Assembly: GCA_902521955.1 (NCBI GenBank)
Contig: CABYTP010000004.1
Location: 21,969 to 85,968 of the forward strand
Length of the DNA stretch: 64,000 bases
DNA from: an uncultured Candidatus Actinomarina sp.
GTDB lineage: Bacteria > Actinomycetota > Acidimicrobiia > Actinomarinales > Actinomarinaceae
Reading direction: 5' to 3'
Shown here: piece by piece, positions 48,498 through 58,240 of the stretch
How positions within the stretch are numbered: position 1 is the stretch's first letter
Layout: every line of letters starts with the position of its first letter
Translations under genes and position numbers: made by a program
Notes under the pieces: generated by a model
Seen by the model: only the letters and a program-made list of their open reading frames with translations
Told to the model about the DNA's origin: nothing
The model's database searches: none

Positions 48498-49883
48498 TTG
48501 GATTCAAACAACGTAGCTGTTCAAATCTTAAATTATTTATCGAGACCATTAGAAAATGACGAAGATCATTTTCTTTCAGCAAAATTAGCAATTCTAGATA
48601 CTATTGGGTGCATTGTTCAGGCAAGTAGCTATAAAAATGTTCATAGTTTTGCAGTTGGAGAGACCTCAGTAGAGTTATCTAAAAATCCATTTACAACAGT
48701 TAAAAATTTTAATTCTTTAGTAGATAGTACGTGGTACTTAACTGTTTTAACAAGATGGTTTGATTACAACGATACATTTTTAGCAAAAGAATGGGGTCAC
48801 CCATCTGATAACTTTGGATCAATTTATAGTTTTTTTCAAAAAAATAACAGTTATAAATTTGTTGATTTTACAACTGCTTTAACAAAAGCATATGAAATAC
48901 AAGGCTCACTTTGCTTAGGTACTTCATTAAATAAATTGGGTTTCGATCATGTGTTTTTTGTTAAATTAGCATCTGGATCTGTTTTCTCTTATTTACTGAG
49001 TGACGGAAATAGTGACATTGTCAAAAGAACGATTAACAATATTTTGATGGATGGACCTAGTTCAAGAGCATACAGACACTTTCCAAATGTTGGCAAAAGG
49101 AAAAGCTGGGCAGCAGCAGATGCTTCAAAACGAGGGATTGAACTATCACAAATTAGTCGCACAACAGATGAAGTCTACGATACAATCCAAAATCAAGAAG
49201 ACTGGGGTTTTGAAAATATATTTATGAAAAATTCTGAAATAAGTTTCGGAAAAGACTTAGATGATTGGGTTATCCAAAATGTTTTATTTAAAGTTCTTTA
49301 TCCTGCGGAATTTCATGGCCAGTCAGCAGTTGAAGCTGCAACCCAGCTCAGTTCAGAATTTAACCAAAACAGGGATAAACTCGATAAAATAAATATATAC
49401 ACTCATGAGCCGGCTGTCAGAATTATTTCAAATAAAAAAGAGTTAAAAAATGCTTCTGACCGAGATCACAGCTTAGAATATATGGTTGCCGCAGCACTCT
49501 TGTATGGAGATTTAAAATATGAAATGTATGAGGATAATTTTTCAGGCTTAGCTGAGATAAATGAATTACGAAAGATAATTCACGTACAGGAAGAGCCAAA
49601 ATTTACAGAAAACTACTATGAGTTTTCAAAAAGACATATATCAAATTCAATTGAAATTTTATATAATGACGACACCCGATCTGAAAAAATTACAATTGAA
49701 AACCCTATAGGACACCCATCAAGACGAGAGGAAGCAGTTCCTTTATTAGAAGAAAAATTTATAAAAAATGTGGAAAGCACTTTTTCATTAAAAAAGGCAA
49801 ATAAGGTTTGGAATGAAATTTTAAATATGAAAAAAGATGATGATGTTGTTAAATTATTTTCTATTCTTATAGAAGATGAATGA
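48498..49883 (+). CDS. MmgE/PrpD family protein (2-methylcitrate dehydratase-like)
   Basis: 461 aa. The N-terminal ILDTIGC block and overall length match PrpD. Forced TTG start. Confidence 0.7.
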   Translation: MDSNNVAVQILNYLSRPLENDEDHFLSAKLAILDTIGCIVQASSYKNVHSFAVGETSVELSKNPFTTVKNFNSLVDSTWYLTVLTRWFDYNDTFLAKEWGHPSDNFGSIYSFFQKNNSYKFVDFTTALTKAYEIQGSLCLGTSLNKLGFDHVFFVKLASGSVFSYLLSDGNSDIVKRTINNILMDGPSSRAYRHFPNVGKRKSWAAADASKRGIELSQISRTTDEVYDTIQNQEDWGFENIFMKNSEISFGKDLDDWVIQNVLFKVLYPAEFHGQSAVEAATQLSSEFNQNRDKLDKINIYTHEPAVRIISNKKELKNASDRDHSLEYMVAAALLYGDLKYEMYEDNFSGLAEINELRKIIHVQEEPKFTENYYEFSKRHISNSIEILYNDDTRSEKITIENPIGHPSRREEAVPLLEEKFIKNVESTFSLKKANKVWNEILNMKKDDDVVKLFSILIEDE

Positions 49884-50751
49884 AATTTACTTATTAGTAG
49901 GAGGTGAGGCAACAAGACTTCAGCCTCTCTCAACTGGAGTTCCAAAGGCTTTATTAAAAGTACAAGGAGAAAAAATAATTGATTTAATTATTCAGCGTTT
50001 TTCTAAATTAGGAAATTACAAATTTAATTTAATCTGTTCCGATAAGCATGAAAAACAGTGGATTGAATATAAGGATAGTAGTAAAGATGATATTGAATTA
50101 TTATTTGAAAAAACAAAACTTGATACTGCTGGATACATAATCCAAAATCTAAATTCAATGCCGGATTCTTTTTATTGTATGAATGGTGATTTGTTACTAG
50201 ATATCGATCTACAGGAATTGATTATAGAATCAACAACAATTTCTAATTCACTTATTGGATCTATTGAAGTAGAAGACCCAACCAGATACGGAGTGCTTCA
50301 AGTAACTGAAGAAAATAAAGTTGAACGTTTTATTGAAAAGCCTAATGATGATCGTTTTGGGAAGAAAATAAGCTTGGGTCTTTATCACCTATACAAAAAA
50401 GATTTACAAAAAATTGTTTCAGTCCTTGAAATACCATGCTCTTTTGAACGTGATGTTTTTCCAAAACTGGCAGAACAAAATTTACTCAATACATACACAG
50501 CTATAGGAAAAATGATTGATGTTGGAACAATAGAATCTTATATTTCATCTCACCTAAACGGTGATACTAATTGGATTTCACCGAACAATGTTTCTTTAAG
50601 TAGTTCTGCAAATATCAAAAATAGCGTTGTTTTAGATAACTGTATTATTGAAGATGAAGTAATAATTGAGGATTCAATAATTTCAGATGGATCAGTCATT
50701 AAAAGTGGAAGTGTAATTAGAAACCAAATTATAAGGACAAATTTATTATGA
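49876..50751 (+). CDS. sugar-1-phosphate nucleotidyltransferase with a C-terminal left-handed beta-helix (mannose-1-P guanylyltransferase-like)
   Basis: N-terminal LVGGEATRLQPLSTGVPKALL (GG.GTRL motif). C-terminal hexapeptide-like repeats (VVLDNCIIEDEVIIEDSIISDGSVIKSGSVI). Confidence 0.7.
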   Translation: MNEIYLLVGGEATRLQPLSTGVPKALLKVQGEKIIDLIIQRFSKLGNYKFNLICSDKHEKQWIEYKDSSKDDIELLFEKTKLDTAGYIIQNLNSMPDSFYCMNGDLLLDIDLQELIIESTTISNSLIGSIEVEDPTRYGVLQVTEENKVERFIEKPNDDRFGKKISLGLYHLYKKDLQKIVSVLEIPCSFERDVFPKLAEQNLLNTYTAIGKMIDVGTIESYISSHLNGDTNWISPNNVSLSSSANIKNSVVLDNCIIEDEVIIEDSIISDGSVIKSGSVIRNQIIRTNLL

Positions 50752-51671
50752 AAATAATTGTTACAGGCGGTGCAGGATTTATAGGTTCTCACCTTGTGGA
50801 GTCTTTGTTGAAAGATGGACATGAACTTTTAATTTTCGACAACTTTCTAACTGGAAAAAAAGAAAATTTATTATTTGATGGTAATTTCAGATTAGTTGAG
50901 GATAATTTTGGTTCAAAAGATTCACTATCTTTAATTGAAGATTTTGATCCAGAAGTATGCTTCCATTTAGCTGCACAATCTTCAGTAGTTGTATCAGTTC
51001 AAGACCCCCGTCTAGATTTTGAACATAATATCCTACAACCAGTACAACTTCTTAATACCTTAATTAATTCAAATTGTAAAAAGTTTGTATTCACGTCCTC
51101 TGGAGGAACAATTTTTGGAGAACCTAAAAATATACCTACTACAGAGAGTGACTACTCAAATGAACCAGCTTCTCCTTATGGCGTAGCCAAAAAAAAACTA
51201 AATGAAATTATAAAAATAATGACATTAAATACTAATTTAAGTTATTCAATCTTAAATCTATCAAATGTATATGGGCCGAGACAAGATCCTAATGGTGAGG
51301 CGGGAGTGGTATCTATATTTTCAAATAAATATTTAAATGGTGAAAGGCCTGTAATTTATGGTAATGGTGAACAGACGAGAGATTATATATTTGTACAGGA
51401 TGTCATTTCTGCATTGATAAAATCTTCAAAAATTGATGATGATTTATTTTTAAATATTGGGACAGGAATTGAAACTTCTGTAAATGAGTTAGCTGAATCT
51501 TTAAAAACCCAATTTTCATCAAATTTGAATCCAGTTTATCAAGATGCCAGGGAGGGGGAATTGCAACGTAGTGTACTTGATAATACGAAAGCTAGAAAAT
51601 TATTGAATTGGGAACCACAATACGACTTAAATGATGGCATGCTTGAAGTAAGAAATTGGCTTAAGCCCTAG
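50748..51671 (+). CDS. NAD-dependent sugar epimerase/dehydratase (extended short-chain dehydrogenase/reductase, SDR)
   Basis: TGGAGFIGSHL Rossmann motif and catalytic YGVAKK (YxxxK). Confidence 0.8.
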   Translation: MKIIVTGGAGFIGSHLVESLLKDGHELLIFDNFLTGKKENLLFDGNFRLVEDNFGSKDSLSLIEDFDPEVCFHLAAQSSVVVSVQDPRLDFEHNILQPVQLLNTLINSNCKKFVFTSSGGTIFGEPKNIPTTESDYSNEPASPYGVAKKKLNEIIKIMTLNTNLSYSILNLSNVYGPRQDPNGEAGVVSIFSNKYLNGERPVIYGNGEQTRDYIFVQDVISALIKSSKIDDDLFLNIGTGIETSVNELAESLKTQFSSNLNPVYQDAREGELQRSVLDNTKARKLLNWEPQYDLNDGMLEVRNWLKP

Positions 51672-52366
51672 AGAAAAAAATCTTCCTCATCTTCCCTTAT
51701 TAATTCACTTGCATTCTTTTTTGAATCTTCGTAATTCACACCTCTTACAATTGCAATAGGAACATTTAAAGTCTTTTCCATCACGAGCTCTGCAGCACTA
51801 GCAAGTTCGTCTATCACCGCTATTTCAGTTGCATTTAGCTCATTCTCAAAAGTGTCAGTTTTACCTATGTAGCTTGTAATAGGATTTATACCAGATGAGC
51901 CAATTGCAAAATTTACTTGTCCTTTTCTCCATGCTCTTCCAAAAGTGTCAGAAATAATGACAGCAATTTTCTTTCCAGTTAAATTCTCTAATTTCTTTCT
52001 AAAGGAATGTGCTGACTTATTTGGATCTTCTGGAAGAAGTAATACAGTATTTTTCTCAACATTCGATTTGTCAATACCGGCATTAGCACATATAAAGCCA
52101 TGTTTAGTTTTTGCTATTACTAGCTCACCTCTTTTTCTGACTATACGATTGACTTGACTGTTCAGCAAATCTTCAAAACTATGTTCATCAAGATTTCTAG
52201 ACATTCCTTCACTCTTAGAAACAATTTTCTGTGTAACAACGAATATATCTCCGTCCAAAATTTCTCTACTAGATTTCTTAAGAACATCATGAGTTAGATT
52301 TGCAAGGTTGTCTCCTTCTGAAACTTCAGGTAATCCAGATATTGGAATAATTGTTACTTCACCCAT
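51668..52366 (-). CDS. cofE: coenzyme F420-0:L-glutamate ligase (CofE / FbiB N-domain type)
   Basis: GDIFVVTQKIVSKSEGM matches the CofE core motif. 232 aa with no nitroreductase extension. Confidence 0.75.
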   Translation of the reverse strand: MGEVTIIPISGLPEVSEGDNLANLTHDVLKKSSREILDGDIFVVTQKIVSKSEGMSRNLDEHSFEDLLNSQVNRIVRKRGELVIAKTKHGFICANAGIDKSNVEKNTVLLLPEDPNKSAHSFRKKLENLTGKKIAVIISDTFGRAWRKGQVNFAIGSSGINPITSYIGKTDTFENELNATEIAVIDELASAAELVMEKTLNVPIAIVRGVNYEDSKKNASELIREDEEDFFL

Positions 52367-53255
52367 AATTTAAAATTTTTCTTGCAAGATTTTCCGAGTC
52401 TTTTATTGTCTTAAATAAGATATTTTCTTCTACAGTATTTATTTTCTCGTCAGAATCACCAAAATGTACTATATATTTTTTTCCAATATTTTTGTAATAT
52501 TTTTTGATGCCTTCTATGTCGGGACTGAAGCCAATATCTTCAAAGTTTTTTTTCGACGGACCTTTTATTGCATCATTTCCAATAAATGGACTTATGATTG
52601 TTAGATTTTCATGAGAGATTAGTTCCTTTTTTAACTTACTCAGTGAAAGTATTGGCCCTATAGAAAGAAGGGGGTTTGATGGCCCTATAATTACTATGTC
52701 ACTTGATTTAATTTTCTTAATTGTACTTTGGTTAACTTTTGCTACTCGTGAACCTTCATATATAATGTTTTTAATTCTAGGTTTACCTTTTTTTTCAACA
52801 AAATATTCTTGAAAATCAAGTTTTTTATTATTTTTTGTAATTAATTTTGTACTAACTCGGTCATCGCTCATTGGAATAATTTCACAACTTAATTCAAACT
52901 TGTTTTTAATATTTTTTGTTATTTCAGTCAATGTTTTTCCCTGACTTATCATTTGAGATCTATAGAGGTTAGTTGCCAAATCCCTATCTCCTATTTTGAA
53001 ATCTATATCATAAAATTTTCTAAACTCGTTACTAACTGTGAATTTGTCATTTTTCATACCCCATCCAAATTCCCCCTCAATGCCAGCAAGGTTGTATATC
53101 ACAGTATCAATATCAGGTGATAGAAATACTCCATGAATGTGCTCATCATCGCCAGTATTTACAAGTATTGTTAAATCAATGTTTTCTATTTTATTTAGAC
53201 CCTTGGCAAATTTAGCACCACCAACGCCCCCGCTTATGTAAATTACTTTTTTCAA
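52359..53255 (-). CDS. cofD: 2-phospho-L-lactate transferase (CofD / FbiA)
   Basis: N-terminal YISGGVGGAKFAKGL (SGG.GG.K..GL) and CofD-family length. Confidence 0.8.
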   Translation of the reverse strand: MKKVIYISGGVGGAKFAKGLNKIENIDLTILVNTGDDEHIHGVFLSPDIDTVIYNLAGIEGEFGWGMKNDKFTVSNEFRKFYDIDFKIGDRDLATNLYRSQMISQGKTLTEITKNIKNKFELSCEIIPMSDDRVSTKLITKNNKKLDFQEYFVEKKGKPRIKNIIYEGSRVAKVNQSTIKKIKSSDIVIIGPSNPLLSIGPILSLSKLKKELISHENLTIISPFIGNDAIKGPSKKNFEDIGFSPDIEGIKKYYKNIGKKYIVHFGDSDEKINTVEENILFKTIKDSENLARKILNYG

Positions 53256-53300
53256 TTTTAAGAACCTATAAATTAAGACCTTTCAACTAATATCTTAGTA

Positions 53301-53549
53301 ATGATAGATAAGGACATTCTAGATGGTTTAGCTGAACTAGATGAGGCGGACTTAAAGAGAATTAAACTGCTTGTTGATAATAAATTAAACCTCCATAAAA
53401 ATACAAAAGTTTCATATAGGTCAAAAAATATAAAATGTGGGAAAGAGTCTTGTCAAGCATGTCCACACGGCCCTTATTGGTATGCCGAGTGGACTGAAAG
53501 TGGAAAAAGAAAGACAAAGTATTTAGGAAAAACATTAGATGAATCTTAA
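53301..53549 (+). CDS. small zinc-ribbon-like protein (82 aa)
   Basis: C-x4-C-x2-C-P-H-G-P-Y-W-Y (CGKESCQACPHGPYWYAEW), followed by a basic tail. The stop overlaps the ATG of the downstream membrane protein by 11 nt. Confidence 0.4.
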   Translation: MIDKDILDGLAELDEADLKRIKLLVDNKLNLHKNTKVSYRSKNIKCGKESCQACPHGPYWYAEWTESGKRKTKYLGKTLDES

Positions 53550-55722
53550 AGGTTTCTCTAAGACATTATCGAATACGATCTTATTTTCAATATTGTTAGT
53601 TTTTTTAAGAATTGATCTTGTGTTTTCAGATTCACTTCCAACAGGTGGAGACATGGGTGCGCACATAGTACCAACAAAGTTTTTTGTTTCTGAATTAATT
53701 TCAAACCTGAAGATAAGTGGCTGGTCAAATGATTGGTTCGCTGGATATCCTGCTTATTATTTCTACTTTCCATTACCACCAATTATTGTTGCTATTTTAA
53801 GTCCAGTTTTTCCTTTTGGGATTGCATTTAAAATAATGGTTGTTGCTTCACTCGTTTTACTCGTATTTTCAATTCAGAAATTGATTTCTCAGGAGAATAC
53901 AATTAGTTCACATTTAGGTTTTGCGGCTGGATTGTTGTTTTTGCTAACTGAGTCATTTACAATTTTTGGTGGAAATTTGGCCTCATCATTAGCTGGACAA
54001 TATTCATTCACCTATTCTTTAGCTTTTGGAAATCTTTCAATCTACTTTCTCACAAAATCAAATCTAAAAAATTCTTTATATTACAGCTCTCTTTGTATTA
54101 GTTTTTGCATGTTGTCACACATTATTCCTTTTATTATTTTTATACCAATTTATTCTCTTTACTTTTTGAAAAATAGATCAGAAATTCTTAAGAAAATTTC
54201 CTCATTTTTAATATTCTTATTCTTAACTATTCGTTTTTCGATTTCATTATTTACAAATTTGGAATATACAACGAATATGACTTATTCTCCATATAGAAAT
54301 ATAAGTGATTTGATTAAACCTGATATTTTACCGTTAATTTTATTGTCCGTAATATTTTTACTTTCTGGGCAAAGTAAAAAAGTCTTCAAAAATCTATTTT
54401 CTTTAGAAATGTATTTAATCTTATCTTCTTTTCTTTTATTTTTTTATGGACCCGAGGGCGCTTTGTGGAATGGAAGAGTAGTACCCTTTTTTATACTTGG
54501 AACAATACTCTTTGTGTTTAATTTATTAACTCAAAATATATATTTACTTACTTCTAAATTCCAAGGACATATACTTCTTTCATTAATCTATCTTGTAATA
54601 AGTTTTTTTCTACTTTTTAATTACTACAGCAGATGGAATGATAGATATGAAGTAACAGCTTTATTTATAATTTCTCTATTTTTAATTTTGTATTTTTTCA
54701 ATGTGAATAAATTGAATCAATTATTCTCCTTTTTATTCATCACGTTAACAATTTCTACAGTGAGCTTTTTACCACACTGGCTTAATTGGAACTTCACTGG
54801 TTATGAAGGTAAAGCTGAATGGGGCGAGATAACCTCTCTTTATAATAAATTAAACAATCTTTCTTCTGGCAGGATCATGTGGGAACCAAGTCCAGATTTA
54901 AATAAATATGGTACCCCCATGGTTTTAATGACAATACCGATGTTTACCGACCATGAAAGTGTAGAGGGGTTATATTTTGATTCTAGTATTACGACTCCTT
55001 ACCACTTTGTCACAATTTCAGGTTTGGCTGAACGCCCATCTAATCCCGTTGGTGGACTTAGTTATATAAATGGAAATTTTGATAAAGGTGTTCGATACAT
55101 GAAGCATTTAGGTGTTGATTATTTTATTACATACACAGATTCTATTTCAAATAAAGCAACAAATTCCCCCGAGTTAGAATTCTTATTTGCATCATCTCCC
55201 TTCAAAGTATTCAGGGTTAATTCGGATAAAGTAGAATTGGTTACATCAGAATTAATTAATTTCTCACAACCCTCATTTTATGAGCGGATTTCTAATTCAG
55301 TTTTCAAAAACCCACTTGAAGAAAGCTTCTTCACTCTATCAATGAAAGAGTTTCAGAAAGAGGACAACATCAGAATTATTGACAAATCATCAATAGATGA
55401 AATTCAAAACACACTATCTACAGATGAAGCCCAGCTCAACATTACAGATTTCAAACTCAAAAATAACCAATTAACATTTACAACTAATCAGCCAGGCAAA
55501 TTACATTTAATTAAAGTTTCCTATTTCCCGAACTGGACAATTGAAGACGGAGATGGCCCATACAGAATTACTCCATCATTTATGGCAGTAATTCCAAATT
55601 CTAATGATGTAAAACTTACTTTTGAAACAACAGCTTTAGAGCGATTGTTATCTATATTCTCTTACCTATGTTTAACAATTTCACTACTTTTAATAATCTA
55701 TAGAATGAAAAGACATGCTTAA
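53539..55722 (+). CDS. large polytopic membrane protein with a C-terminal extracytoplasmic domain; candidate GT-C-fold glycosyltransferase
   Basis: 727 aa. At least 13 predicted TM helices over about 470 residues, then a soluble domain of about 250 aa. The first loop is acidic/aromatic (TGGDMGAH...WSNDWFAGYPAYYFYFPLPP). Co-located with GtrA-like and GT2 genes. Confidence 0.5.
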   Translation: MNLKGFSKTLSNTILFSILLVFLRIDLVFSDSLPTGGDMGAHIVPTKFFVSELISNLKISGWSNDWFAGYPAYYFYFPLPPIIVAILSPVFPFGIAFKIMVVASLVLLVFSIQKLISQENTISSHLGFAAGLLFLLTESFTIFGGNLASSLAGQYSFTYSLAFGNLSIYFLTKSNLKNSLYYSSLCISFCMLSHIIPFIIFIPIYSLYFLKNRSEILKKISSFLIFLFLTIRFSISLFTNLEYTTNMTYSPYRNISDLIKPDILPLILLSVIFLLSGQSKKVFKNLFSLEMYLILSSFLLFFYGPEGALWNGRVVPFFILGTILFVFNLLTQNIYLLTSKFQGHILLSLIYLVISFFLLFNYYSRWNDRYEVTALFIISLFLILYFFNVNKLNQLFSFLFITLTISTVSFLPHWLNWNFTGYEGKAEWGEITSLYNKLNNLSSGRIMWEPSPDLNKYGTPMVLMTIPMFTDHESVEGLYFDSSITTPYHFVTISGLAERPSNPVGGLSYINGNFDKGVRYMKHLGVDYFITYTDSISNKATNSPELEFLFASSPFKVFRVNSDKVELVTSELINFSQPSFYERISNSVFKNPLEESFFTLSMKEFQKEDNIRIIDKSSIDEIQNTLSTDEAQLNITDFKLKNNQLTFTTNQPGKLHLIKVSYFPNWTIEDGDGPYRITPSFMAVIPNSNDVKLTFETTALERLLSIFSYLCLTISLLLIIYRMKRHA

Positions 55723-56173
55723 AAAAATAATTGATAAGATTTCTAAAGATGGTTCATTCTCAGAACTTTTTAGGACCTATTTAGTAGGAGCTTTTAATTT
55801 ATTGTTTGGACTATTTTTAGTTTATATTTTTCAATTTATTTTGCTAGATTTTATCAGCTTTCCTCTGAGAACTTACCTAACAAACATTTTCCAATTTATT
55901 GTTGGAGTGATTGTTTCTTATTTTCTTTCAAGAAAATTTATATTTAAATTGAAGTTTAATGATGGAAACTATAAAGAATTTTTTAAATATGTATCTATTA
56001 GCTTTATAAATCTTTTCGTACCCTTATTTGTCTGGTTTTTAATCAATTTATGGAACGAAAATTGGCAACAGAATGAATTATATGTTTTAATAATTACAAC
56101 CTTAATCCATGGATCAATACTTCCACTTAAATATTTAATTTATAAGTTTTTTGTGTTTAAAGATTCCCTGTAA
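55715..56173 (+). CDS. GtrA-family small membrane protein (polyprenyl-phosphate-sugar flippase-like)
   Basis: 152 aa with four TM helices and GtrA-like spacing. Start overlaps the GT-C gene stop (ATGCTTAA). Confidence 0.55.
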   Translation: MLKKIIDKISKDGSFSELFRTYLVGAFNLLFGLFLVYIFQFILLDFISFPLRTYLTNIFQFIVGVIVSYFLSRKFIFKLKFNDGNYKEFFKYVSISFINLFVPLFVWFLINLWNENWQQNELYVLIITTLIHGSILPLKYLIYKFFVFKDSL

Positions 56174-56874
56174 AGGACAAATCGAAGATTTAGTAAACTT
56201 TTAATAGTTCTAGGTATTCTTTTATAGATTACAGAAACACTCGGCCTAATCTCATTAATCTTAGCTGGCACCTCTTTAAACTTTTGTCCACTTTTTTCAA
56301 TTCTAATTAAAAGTTCTGTATCGAAAAGATCCTGTGTTGAAATAACTTTTTGAATATATCTATCAACAGATGTTTTTTTTACACCTTTCATTCCGTGAGT
56401 ATCAGATAGATTGGTTCCAAACAAGATTTTTAATATTATTACAAAAGAGCCTGTTGCAATTTTTCTAATTAACCTCCTACCATCTTCAGATTTAGCCAAT
56501 CTTTTTGATGCTATTATTCCAGAAAATTCACTCTCAAGCCGTAGGCATTCTAATAAAAATTTCTCTGAATAATAATCAATATCAAATGAGATAATAATTT
56601 CATTTGTACAAGCTAAAAACCCTCTTTTTAGTGCTTCTCCATAATTTGGTGTATTGTGTTCAATTAGCCTTATCTTTTTATTTGATTTAGCTATTTCAGA
56701 TGCGATATTTTTTGTATTATCAGTTGAACCATTTTCAGATAAAATTATTTCAAATTGAATATTTGTACGCTCACACATAGACATTACATTATTTAAGGAT
56801 TCTTCAAGTATCTCTTCCTCATTATAAATTGGAATTACTATTGAAAAATTATTAAAGGTAAAGTTTGAATCCAT
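56140..56874 (-). CDS. GT2 family glycosyltransferase, polyprenyl-phosphate sugar synthase type (DPM1/GtrB-like), soluble
   Basis: FSIVIPIYNEEE, SENGSTDNT, DxD (FDIDYY). Confidence 0.8.
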   Translation of the reverse strand: MDSNFTFNNFSIVIPIYNEEEILEESLNNVMSMCERTNIQFEIILSENGSTDNTKNIASEIAKSNKKIRLIEHNTPNYGEALKRGFLACTNEIIISFDIDYYSEKFLLECLRLESEFSGIIASKRLAKSEDGRRLIRKIATGSFVIILKILFGTNLSDTHGMKGVKKTSVDRYIQKVISTQDLFDTELLIRIEKSGQKFKEVPAKINEIRPSVSVIYKRIPRTIKSLLNLRFVLYRESLNTKNL

Positions 56875-56895
56875 GAACAGTACAATAATTGAGTA

Positions 56896-58233
56896 ATGGC
56901 AAAAAATAAACTAGATTTAATTTTTAAATCTTACGATATTAGAGGTGTTTATGGTGACACTTTAACTAATGAAATAGCCTTTAAAATTGGATATACATTC
57001 GCAAACTTTGTTGAAGATGATTCAATTTTAATTGGTCATGATGGAAGAATTTCCCATCAGGAAATGTTAGATGCGATATCTTCAGGAATTATTTCTGCTA
57101 AAAAAAATATAATTTATATAGGTCTTGTCCCGACAGATATTGTATATTCATTATCGGGCCTACTTAGTAAACCTGGCCTTGTTATTACAGCCTCCCATAA
57201 CCCAAAGGAATATAACGGTTTAAAATTATGCAATTCAGGTGCCTTACCAATTGGAGAAAATTCAGGATTAATGGAAATAAAAGCCGCAGTTGAAAATTTT
57301 GATAATCATATAGAAATTAATAATTTCATTAAAGTAAATTCCAATTTAACTGAAAAATATTTTGAACACATGAAGACATTAGTTCAACCCGAGATGGTGA
57401 CTAGTACATTAAAATTTGGTATCGACGGCGGCAATGGAGCAATCGGCTCAGTTTTTGATGACTTAGATAAAATATATAATTTTAATTATTCACCCCTATA
57501 TTTAGAAGTTGATGGCAATTTCCCCAACCATCCTGCTGATCCATCTGATAAGAAAAATTTAGAAGACTTAAAAAATTTAGTGATACAAAATAATTTGGAT
57601 TTTGGCGTCGCATTTGATGGAGATGCTGACAGAGCAGTATTCATTGATGATAAGGGAAATGTAATTTCAGGAAGTATGATGACCACCCTGATATCTGATT
57701 ATCTATCAAAAGAAAATAATAATCTTAAAGTTGTACACAATGTAAATGTCTCACCCCATGCATTAAGCGTCTTGAATGATAGAAATATTCAACTTTATAG
57801 ATGTAAAGTAGGACATTCAAATATAAAAAAAATGATGAGAGAAATTGATGCTGATTTCGGTGGAGAGCATAGTGCCCATTTTTATTATAAAGAAAATTTC
57901 TATGCAGATTCAGCTATCTTAACTTTACTTATATTTATGAAAATTATTTCAACAAAAGAAGAGAAAGTAAGCAATGTTTTTGAAAATTATAAGTTTCCAC
58001 CAAGCTCAGGTGAGGTAAATTTTGTAGTTAAGGATGTGGAGGAATCACTAAGAAATGTCGAGAAAGTTTTTGATGTTGATTTTGATTATTTGGATGGACT
58101 TACTTGCTTTACTGAAAACTATTGGTTCAACATTAGGGGTTCAAACACAGAGCCCAAATTAAGGGTCAATGTTGAAGGGAAATCTGAGAAAGTGATTACA
58201 GAAGTTTTAGAGAAAATATCGAGTAACATTTAG
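56896..58233 (+). CDS. phosphomannomutase/phosphoglucomutase (alpha-D-phosphohexomutase)
   Basis: Active-site TASHNPKEYNGLK, metal loop DGDADR, sugar-binding GEHSAH. Confidence 0.85.
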   Translation: MAKNKLDLIFKSYDIRGVYGDTLTNEIAFKIGYTFANFVEDDSILIGHDGRISHQEMLDAISSGIISAKKNIIYIGLVPTDIVYSLSGLLSKPGLVITASHNPKEYNGLKLCNSGALPIGENSGLMEIKAAVENFDNHIEINNFIKVNSNLTEKYFEHMKTLVQPEMVTSTLKFGIDGGNGAIGSVFDDLDKIYNFNYSPLYLEVDGNFPNHPADPSDKKNLEDLKNLVIQNNLDFGVAFDGDADRAVFIDDKGNVISGSMMTTLISDYLSKENNNLKVVHNVNVSPHALSVLNDRNIQLYRCKVGHSNIKKMMREIDADFGGEHSAHFYYKENFYADSAILTLLIFMKIISTKEEKVSNVFENYKFPPSSGEVNFVVKDVEESLRNVEKVFDVDFDYLDGLTCFTENYWFNIRGSNTEPKLRVNVEGKSEKVITEVLEKISSNI

Positions 58234-58240
58234 ATTATAT

